Assembly: GCA_029265075.1 (NCBI GenBank)
Contig: JAJUJZ010000001.1
Span: 2,013-66,012 of the forward strand
Direction of reading: 5' to 3'
DNA from: Gammaproteobacteria bacterium
GTDB taxonomy: Bacteria > Pseudomonadota > Gammaproteobacteria > Pseudomonadales > CAMLJR01
DNA: 64,000 nucleotides
Shown here: piece by piece, positions 56,057 through 64,000 of the stretch
How positions within the stretch are numbered: the first letter of the stretch is position 1
How the letters are laid out: each line of letters opens with the position of its first letter
The notes under the pieces: model-generated
What the model was told of the DNA's origin: nothing
Databases searched by the model: none
What the model saw: only the letters and a program-made list of their open reading frames with translations
Position numbers and translations under genes: made by a program

Positions 56057-57038
56057 TGTACGTCATCTCCTCCAGCGGGGTTCCGTCGACCCAGACAAAT
56101 TTGCTGTTATCGATCTCGCGCTCACCATCCATCCGATAGGCCACCAGCCGGCCATGCAGTACTGCACTGTAATCGAGGCAAGCGATGTTGCGGGTCAGCT
56201 GGCGCGGTCGCCCGCGCAGCCAGTAGTGCCCGACCAGCAGCGGCGGCTGGTCGGCGTCGTAACAGACCAGCTCCGCCCGCTGCTCATCGCTCAGCGGCAG
56301 CGCAGCCAGATCATCGGGCAGCCGGTCGGGCTGGAATTCGAGATCGCCCAGCGTAGCTGGTTCGCGCACCCAGAACTTGCTGCGGAAATTGCGCCGCTGC
56401 ACGCCATCCTGCCCCGTGAGACTGCGCCCTTCCGGAAACTGCAGCGTCAGACCGCTGGTCGAGCGCCACAGCAGGCGTGCGCCGAAGGTGCCGGGGGTAG
56501 CCGATTCGAGCAGCAGCGCGGCGTCGATCACCCCGTCGGGACACCGCTCGCGGAACGCACCCAGCAGACGCTCATCCCAGCAGGCGTGGATCAGGCGGAA
56601 GCTCCCCATGTCGAGAAACAGCGGCAGCGTCCGGCACCAGGCAAGAAAATCCCGCCAGTCGAGCGGGTGATTGGCAAACTCTTCCAGGGTCGCTTCCAGC
56701 ACCCGCATATTGCGCTCAGTGCGGGGCCGCAGCCAGGGCCGCCCCAGTTCAGCAGGCGCCGGCGTGCAGCAGAGCACGGCGTGATGCTCGTGATTGCCGA
56801 GAATGAGCTGAGCCTGTCCCGCCGCCGCCATTTCCTGCACCAGCAGGACGGTATCGCGGATGGCCGGACCACGATCGATCAGGTCGCCCAGAAACAATAC
56901 CTGACGCGGGCGGCGCCGGTCGCGGTGGCGGTAGCGGCCGCGCTCGCGCACGTAGCCCAGCTGATCGAGGAGTTCGCGCAGCGCCGCGTAGCAGCCGTGC
57001 ACGTCACCGATGACATCGAAACCGCTGAACCGGGTCAT
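56049..57038 (-). CDS. Calcineurin-like metallophosphoesterase (PrpA/ApaH-like)
   Basis: GDVHGCY, GDLIDRGP and GNHEHH motifs. 329 aa. Lies between nadK and the rhomboid gene. Confidence 0.85.
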   Translation of the reverse strand: MTRFSGFDVIGDVHGCYAALRELLDQLGYVRERGRYRHRDRRRPRQVLFLGDLIDRGPAIRDTVLLVQEMAAAGQAQLILGNHEHHAVLCCTPAPAELGRPWLRPRTERNMRVLEATLEEFANHPLDWRDFLAWCRTLPLFLDMGSFRLIHACWDERLLGAFRERCPDGVIDAALLLESATPGTFGARLLWRSTSGLTLQFPEGRSLTGQDGVQRRNFRSKFWVREPATLGDLEFQPDRLPDDLAALPLSDEQRAELVCYDADQPPLLVGHYWLRGRPRQLTRNIACLDYSAVLHGRLVAYRMDGEREIDNSKFVWVDGTPLEEMTYIG

Positions 57039-57041
57039 GTG

Positions 57042-57929
57042 TTACCGCACAAGCTGGGTGTTCCACCCTAGCTTATCGCGACAGCTGGCATAGAAGCTGT
57101 GATCGAGTGGGTGCAGGAGCTTCAGCTTGTGCGGCTTCTTGTGGACATACACGACATCACCGGCCTGCGCGGTGAGAATCACCTGCCCGTCGCAGGTGAC
57201 CGGAATCGGTTGCGAGGCATTCTCTGCCAGCACGATCTTGATCTCGCTGTTGCCGCCAACCACGATCGGCCGGCTGCTCAGCGTATGGGGAAACATCGGC
57301 ACCAGCACAATGGCGTCGAGGTGCGGGTGCATGATCGGGCCACCGCCGGAGAGCGCATAGGCGGTCGAGCCAGTCGGGGTCGAGACGATGAGGCCGTCCG
57401 AGCGCTGGCGACAGACAAACTCCCCCTCGATATAGAGGTCGAGTTCAATCATCTTGGCCGAGGTACCGGAATTCACCACCACGTCATTGAGCGCGTCGGC
57501 CAGACCGAGGGTCTCCTTGTCCCGCTTGACGGTGACGTCGAGCAGAAAGCGTTTCTCGATGCGGTACTTGCCATCCAGCACCTCGCTGACTTTCGTCTCG
57601 ATCTCGTCGGGCGCAATATCGGTCAGGAAACCGAGCCGGCCGCGGTTGATCCCCAGGACCGGAACGTCGTGCCGCGCCAGCATCCGCGCAGCGCCGAGCA
57701 GGCTGCCGTCGCCGCCGACCACAATGATGAGATCGCTGATTTCGCCAATCAGCTTGCGCGGCGCCACTCGCACTTTCTGCAGCGACGCGGGATCCACCAG
57801 ATCGGCAATGACGTCAGCGATGACGGTATTGATGCCGCGCTGGGTAAGCAGATCGATCAGACGTTGCAGAGATTCAATGACGCCGGCACCGCTACGGCCG
57901 AGGATGCCGACGTTGCGAAAATGATCCAT
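57042..57929 (-). CDS. nadK: NAD(+) kinase
   Basis: 295 aa. GGDGSLL motif and NadK fold motifs (NRGRLGFLTD, STPTGSTAYALSGGGPI). Confidence 0.95.
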   Translation of the reverse strand: MDHFRNVGILGRSGAGVIESLQRLIDLLTQRGINTVIADVIADLVDPASLQKVRVAPRKLIGEISDLIIVVGGDGSLLGAARMLARHDVPVLGINRGRLGFLTDIAPDEIETKVSEVLDGKYRIEKRFLLDVTVKRDKETLGLADALNDVVVNSGTSAKMIELDLYIEGEFVCRQRSDGLIVSTPTGSTAYALSGGGPIMHPHLDAIVLVPMFPHTLSSRPIVVGGNSEIKIVLAENASQPIPVTCDGQVILTAQAGDVVYVHKKPHKLKLLHPLDHSFYASCRDKLGWNTQLVR

Positions 57930-57983
57930 GGCGAGGGCTCAGGTGAAGCGAGGCGGCATTATACACAGAGCGGACGGACGCCT

Positions 57984-59147
57984 TCAGCCGCTGACCAGCG
58001 GGGCGTGCGCCGCCAGCTGCTGCAGCAGCTGCAGGCAGGCTGCATCGCCCTGACTCAGGAAACGCACCCGCTGCGGCAGCTCCAGCGCATCGGTCCCGTG
58101 GCGCAGGGCGATGGTCGAGAACCCTTCCTCCGCCAGCAGATGTGCCGCCGCCAGGCTGCGCCGGCCGCTGTTGCAATAGATGATGTATGTGCGATCGCGG
58201 TCCAGCAGCCGTGACTTGAGCTTGAGGATATTGAGCGGCATGTTGAGCGCGCCGGCTGCGTGGGCCTGTTCGAATTCCAGCTCCGTGCGCACATCGATGA
58301 GGCCAGCGCCGGCGCGCAGCTCCCGATCGGCCTCGACCAGACTCAGGGTGCGGGCCGGCGGCGACTTGAGCAGCAGATAGAAATCCTGTTTCTCGAGCCG
58401 CATCAGCACGCCATTTTCCGCCATCACCACGGTGGCATTGCGTGGCGCATCATCCACCAGCGCATCCTGACCGAAGGAACGCCCCGGCCCCAGCACTGCA
58501 ATGCGCTCACCACGGCTGCGACCATCGGTCGAACGGAACACCTGCACTGCCCCTTCCTTGACGAAATAGCAGCTGTCGCCGATCTCGCCCTGCCGGATGA
58601 CCACATCGCCGCCGTAGCGGAACTGAGGCGTGAAGCGGTCGATGACGCGCCGGATGTTCATCGGCGGCACCTTGTAGAACAGGTCGGAGCGCAGCAGCCG
58701 CTGCATCCACTCGGCATCCTCATCGAGGTCGCGCTGGCTGGCAATGTCGAGCAGGATGTAGTGCGAGGCCTGATCCCACGCCACCATTGCGTCCAGCACG
58801 TCGCAATCGATCCGCAGTAGCTCACAATCCTCCAGCGCCCGCGCGGGCTCCAGCCGGGGCTGCTGATGCGCGACGGGGAACGCTGCCACCGGGTCAGCGG
58901 CCTGTACGATACGCCGCAGAGGACCGGTGCCTATTTCAAGCGCCCCGCTCAGCAGATAGACATAGTGATGATCGTATTCCCCGACTTCGAACAGTGTCTG
59001 GCCACGGCACAGCACCTCCACCGACGTATCCCGGAACAGGGCATCGAGATGAGCTTCGGTCAGCGCGCAGAGCGGTACAAAGGTCTGCAGCAGCTGCTTC
59101 TTGAGATTATCGTGGTGCGTAACCACCGGAATTTCCTGCATCAGCAT
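57984..59147 (-). CDS. Tandem cyclic-nucleotide-binding-like domains fused to a rhodanese domain, ~387 aa
   Basis: The second cNMP domain has an intact PBC (FGQDALVDDAPRNATVVM); the first is degenerate. C-terminal rhodanese (LIDVRTELEFEQAH...IIYCNSGRRS). Start is ATG 59147 or 59141. Confidence 0.8.
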   Translation of the reverse strand: MLMQEIPVVTHHDNLKKQLLQTFVPLCALTEAHLDALFRDTSVEVLCRGQTLFEVGEYDHHYVYLLSGALEIGTGPLRRIVQAADPVAAFPVAHQQPRLEPARALEDCELLRIDCDVLDAMVAWDQASHYILLDIASQRDLDEDAEWMQRLLRSDLFYKVPPMNIRRVIDRFTPQFRYGGDVVIRQGEIGDSCYFVKEGAVQVFRSTDGRSRGERIAVLGPGRSFGQDALVDDAPRNATVVMAENGVLMRLEKQDFYLLLKSPPARTLSLVEADRELRAGAGLIDVRTELEFEQAHAAGALNMPLNILKLKSRLLDRDRTYIIYCNSGRRSLAAAHLLAEEGFSTIALRHGTDALELPQRVRFLSQGDAACLQLLQQLAAHAPLVSG

Positions 59148-59229
59148 GACCAAAAACAGATGCCCTCCACTGGCAAATGGCCGTCAACTGCCGGATCGTC
59201 AGTGAGATTAGTCTGAAAAAGCCTGACGC

Positions 59230-60534
59230 TCAGGGCGCCGCCACCGTATCGGCCCGGGTGCATTTTGCCCGATGGCGGGCGCAGCGATCAGAGTGACCGG
59301 GTAAAAACCGGACCGGGTCATCGACCTTCGGTACCGGTTCGCCACAGCGGTCGCCACCCGTTTCGCCCAGACACAGCGGCGCGGCAATGTGGCGACACCA
59401 CAAAGTATAGTGCTCCTGCGAGACTCCCTGCTGTTCTGCGAGCCAGCTGTCCGGCGCTTCCAGATAATGCGCCAGTTCTGAGGGCGGCACGGTGAAAGCA
59501 CCACCCTGCGGCGGATAGATCACCAGCGATACTTCGCGCTCCGCCAGCAGCTCCAGCAGATGCGCCGCATTGCGGCTGATGAGGCTCTCGCGTTCCTGCC
59601 GCAGCCGAGACACCTCCTCCCGCAATGCGCCCAGCTGCTCATCGCGATAAAACAGCTCGACATCGCGCATATCGAGCGTCTCGTGAAGCTCGGCTGTGGC
59701 GCGCTCGAGCCGCACTTGCAGCTCCGTCTCAAAGTGGCGGCGCAGCTCAGCCAGCTGCTCGGATTCAGCGCCCTGGCGTGCCTGCAACGCGGTTTCCGCC
59801 TGCTCCCGGGCACGGCGCACCTCGTCGGCCTGCGCCTGCAGCCGCGCTGCCAGCTGCCGGCTGCGGTGCTTCTCTTCGCGAAACAGCCGTTTGGCCGACT
59901 CCAGCGCTGCCCGCAGCTGCCCCAGCTGAATCTGATAGTGCTGGTGCAGTGCCTGCTGCTCCTGCTGATGCTCGGAGCGTAACGTGGCAAGCTGCAGATC
60001 ACAGCGCGCCTGCAGCACGCTCAGCTCACGGCTGCGTAGCTCATGACGGGTGACAGGCGCTGCTTCGGGCTCGTCCCGCTCCGGCGGCACTACCGGCAGC
60101 CCCAGCCGGTTGCGCAGGACCGCACGTTGCAGCTGCGGCAGTGTGGCATCGGCGCCTTCCAGCACCGGGTCCCAGAGCTGCCGCTGGTGCCAGGCCACCG
60201 GGCAGCGACTGCGGCACGCCAGCCGGATGCGCCCGCCGCCGAGGTCCGGGCCGCGCTCGGCCTTGTCGAGCAGATGCTGCAGCGGCAGATTCCAGCTGCG
60301 ATTGACGAAACCGCGGCTATCGAAATCGACCAGAAAAAATACGGCGCCAAGAATCTGCTGACGCTGGTTGATGCGAAGAAAACAGGCCTGCAGTTCCTTG
60401 TCGGCGAAGTCCTGCAAGCCGACGACCTGATCGAGGACGGCCTCAAATTCGGCAAAGAGCATCTCTTTGGCGAGTACTCCGGATTCGAAAAACATCACCG
60501 CCTGATGCGTGACGTGCTCTGTCTGCCTGATCAT
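59230..60534 (-). CDS. Hypothetical protein with central coiled coil and C-terminal Cys/His-rich region, 434 aa
   Basis: Long ORF with coding-like composition. Central ~170 aa is Q/L/R/E/A-rich and heptad-like. C-terminus reads WCRHIAAPLCLGETGGDRCGEPV...HSDRCARH. I recognise no family motif. Start is ATG 60534 or 60495. Confidence 0.65.
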   Translation of the reverse strand: MIRQTEHVTHQAVMFFESGVLAKEMLFAEFEAVLDQVVGLQDFADKELQACFLRINQRQQILGAVFFLVDFDSRGFVNRSWNLPLQHLLDKAERGPDLGGGRIRLACRSRCPVAWHQRQLWDPVLEGADATLPQLQRAVLRNRLGLPVVPPERDEPEAAPVTRHELRSRELSVLQARCDLQLATLRSEHQQEQQALHQHYQIQLGQLRAALESAKRLFREEKHRSRQLAARLQAQADEVRRAREQAETALQARQGAESEQLAELRRHFETELQVRLERATAELHETLDMRDVELFYRDEQLGALREEVSRLRQERESLISRNAAHLLELLAEREVSLVIYPPQGGAFTVPPSELAHYLEAPDSWLAEQQGVSQEHYTLWCRHIAAPLCLGETGGDRCGEPVPKVDDPVRFLPGHSDRCARHRAKCTRADTVAAP

Positions 60535-60698
60535 GACTCCAGCGTGTTCGGAAGCAGTTGGCCGTTGCGGCCGGGATGGGTGCCTCCATTATGGACCGGG
60601 CTGGAAAAATCGCTCAGCCGGGAGTGTGACTCGCTTGGCAAGCCTGGCAACTGATGGGCCGGAAAGGCTGGTAGGGACAAGGTTTGCCCCTGGCGGGG

Positions 60699-60722
60699 CT
60701 GGCCGGACCCTGGTCCGGCCAG
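60699..60722 (-). other. GC-rich hairpin 13 nt downstream of the FMO stop (terminator-like, no U-tract)
   Basis: CTGGCCGGAC-cctg-GTCCGGCCAG. Confidence 0.35.
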
Positions 60723-60734
60723 TGAGGCAGGTCG

Positions 60735-62198
<1,464 letters not shown>

Positions 62199-62373
62199 TC
62201 AGCTGGCTGCGACCGCGCCTGGACCGACGGTCCATTGCGATGTATCGGACTGATACCTCGACCCGACGCCGACCGGGCTGGCACCGGCGCTGGCGAGGCA
62301 AGAACAGAAAGGCCCGTAGCGATTGCTCTGCGCGGAAGCCGTGCAATGGCCACAAACCAATATGCGAGCCAAT

Positions 62374-62385
62374 AATTATAGCACG
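62374..62385 (-). promoter_or_regulatory. Candidate extended -10 promoter element facing the FMO gene
   Basis: Minus strand reads cgTGcTATAATt. It is the exact inverted copy of 62461-62472. Confidence 0.4.
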
Positions 62386-62460
62386 AAGTATTTTTATAAC
62401 CTTGCGCCACTGCGGCATGAAAAGCGCCGAGCGCGCACCGACGGTTGCACTCTCCCCACA

Positions 62461-62472
62461 CGTGCTATAATT
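62461..62472 (+). promoter_or_regulatory. Candidate extended -10 promoter element facing the symporter gene
   Basis: cgTGcTATAATt, with TTGCAC 15 bp upstream (62445-62450). Confidence 0.4.
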
Positions 62473-62734
62473 CGCCGCTTTACGCGAGAGGCAAACGATT
62501 TCCCCCTCTCGTCTTGCCCGGAAAATTGCGACTTCCCCGGAATCGCGCCAGCACCAGGCCGGCACGAATTCGATTACTGCTCTAATCTTTTCTTCATGTA
62601 ATCAACATCCGGGCCGCAGATGATGTTACGGCTCTTTCAATCCAGGACTTGCGGATTCGCAAGCAGAGCCGTGTTTCGGCGTCGCCGGCATGCAAGGCAG
62701 CCACGGCTGACGCAACCAGATTCAGGAGAACCGT

Positions 62735-64000
62735 ATGTACCAGTTGTCGACGACAACGGCCCTGCTGCTGATGGCCGCCTTTTACGGCCTCACCTTTCTG
62801 CTCTCACTTTCGATCAAACAGAAGAAAGAGAACGTCGACGGCTACATGGTCTCGAACAACGATGTTGGCTTCGGGATCTCGGCGGCCAGCATGACCGCCA
62901 CCTGGGTATGGGCGGCTTCGCTCTACGCCGCTGCCAGCTCCGGTTACAAATACGGCCTGTCCGGCGCGCTGCACTATGGCTTCTGGGGCGCGCTGATGAT
63001 TCTTTTTATCTACCCTTTCGGGAGGCGCTTCCGGGAACTCGCGCCCCGCGCCCATACCCTCGCCGAGATCATGCACGGGCGCCACGGCCGCGCCAGCCAG
63101 ATGATTCTCGCAGGCTCCAATCTGCTCGGTAGCAGCATCAGCCTGATGGTGAACTTCACCGCTGCCGGCGCGCTGGTGGCAGTGCTGACCCCGCTGAGCT
63201 TTATTCATGGCGTGCTTATCGCCGGCGGCGGCGTGCTTGCGTACACCATCTGGTCGGGCTTCCGTTCCTCGTTGCTGACCGACTATGCGCAACTAATGGC
63301 GATGGTGGCAGCAGCAGTGATTATCGTCCCCTGGATTTTCTTTACGCTCGGCGGCCCGAGGCTGTTTGAGGAAGGTTTGCCCCAACTGACGGCGGAGCAG
63401 GCCAGCTTCTGGTCGAAATCAGCGATTCTGGAGCAAGGAGCGCCCTACTTTGTCGCCGTGCTGGCCTACGCCATCGGTAACCAGACCATTGCGCAGCGCC
63501 TGTTCGCCGTCAAAGAAGAACTGATTAAACCGACCTTCATCACCGCCACTATCGGCTACGGCACCATCGTGATCGGGCTGGGCATGCTGGGTCTGATTGC
63601 ACTGCTCGCCGGGCTGGAGCCCATGGGTGGCGATCTCAACAACCTGATTCCGCAGATGGCGGGTACCTACCTGCCACCATTTGTCATCGGTCTCTTCTTC
63701 ATCATGATCATCGGTGCGCTCTCCTCCACCGCGGATTCCGATCTGTCGGCGCTCTCTTCGATTGTCATGACCGATATCTACGGCAAGAACCTGGCGCGGG
63801 GACGCCCCAATCCGAAGCTGATGCTGTGGATCGGCCGCCTGACCATGGTGGTCGCTACGCTGGTCGCCGTCATCTTTGCGAGCCTCAAGCTGGACATCCT
63901 GTCGATGCTGATCTTCGTGGGCGCCCTCTGGGGGGCAATCGTTTTCCCGGTCATCACCAGCCTCTACTGGGATCGCGTCACCAACACCGCCTTTACCAGT
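62735..64000 (+). CDS. Sodium:solute symporter family transporter, DUR3-like (3' end outside the window; first 422 codons present)
   Basis: Not in the ORF track because there is no stop codon before the window edge. ATG 62735 with CAGGAGAA SD. My translation is open to nt 64000: MYQLSTTTALLL...SMTATWVWAASLYAAASSGYKYGLSGALHYG...GALSSTADSDLSALSSIVMTDIY (SSS signature). Confidence 0.85.
   Translation, partial: MYQLSTTTALLLMAAFYGLTFLLSLSIKQKKENVDGYMVSNNDVGFGISAASMTATWVWAASLYAAASSGYKYGLSGALHYGFWGALMILFIYPFGRRFRELAPRAHTLAEIMHGRHGRASQMILAGSNLLGSSISLMVNFTAAGALVAVLTPLSFIHGVLIAGGGVLAYTIWSGFRSSLLTDYAQLMAMVAAAVIIVPWIFFTLGGPRLFEEGLPQLTAEQASFWSKSAILEQGAPYFVAVLAYAIGNQTIAQRLFAVKEELIKPTFITATIGYGTIVIGLGMLGLIALLAGLEPMGGDLNNLIPQMAGTYLPPFVIGLFFIMIIGALSSTADSDLSALSSIVMTDIYGKNLARGRPNPKLMLWIGRLTMVVATLVAVIFASLKLDILSMLIFVGALWGAIVFPVITSLYWDRVTNTAFTS

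Noticed and set aside
59560-60053. Plus-strand ORFs (77-142 aa) antisense to the coiled-coil gene
   Set aside because: They are a by-product of the CAG/CTG/GCC-rich codon usage of the Q/L/A-rich coiled coil, whose palindromic CAGCTG/CTGCAG runs keep the opposite strand open.
62620-63132. 170-aa plus-strand ORF at the symporter 5' end
   Set aside because: It is out of frame with the much longer open frame starting at ATG 62735, which carries SSS-family signatures and a good SD.

Overview
This is a 64-kb chromosomal segment from a high-GC gammaproteobacterium (roughly 60-65% GC, judged by eye). Most of it is conserved housekeeping core in a Pseudomonas/Oceanospirillales-type gene order.

Gene order:
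- Start of window: (mutS, 5'-truncated by the window edge)-fdxA on the plus strand.
- Long minus-strand run: rpoS-nlpD-pcm-truD-ispF-ispD-ftsB-eno-kdsA-pyrG-tilS-accA-dnaE-rnhB-lpxB-lpxA-fabZ-lpxD-skp-bamA-rseP-dxr-cdsA-uppS-frr-pyrH-tsf-rpsB. Many junctions are ATGA/GTGA-coupled.
- Plus strand: map-glnD-dapC-(EndoIII-like)-(ArsC-family)-dapD, a small minus-strand ORF, then dapE.
- Less conserved last third: a TonB-dependent receptor + PepSY-TM pair; a minus-strand block of rlmL, a secreted protein, a YoaK-like protein and a sulfotransferase; rmf; a very acidic lipoprotein; a CitE-like lyase; pepN-DUF2797-yeaC-rhomboid-metallophosphoesterase-nadK; a tandem-cNMP-binding/rhodanese fusion; a 434-aa coiled-coil protein of unknown function; a flavin monooxygenase (Tmm-like); and a DUR3-like sodium:solute symporter. 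The symporter runs off the 3' edge, so it is absent from the ORF track.

I found no rRNA, tRNA, CRISPR array, IS element, integrase, phage gene or recognisable defence gene, and I do not see a convincing novel multi-gene system.

Best leads, all moderate:
1. A helically phased TAAC/GTTAAC palindrome array upstream of the receptor operon.
2. The unknown coiled-coil protein and the cNMP-rhodanese protein.
3. The 630-bp FMO/symporter control region with mirror-image extended -10 elements.
4. The acidic Ala/Asp/Glu lipoprotein.

Limits: start codons are my best choices from sequence context. No database search or computation was run. Family assignments rest on motifs I recognise.
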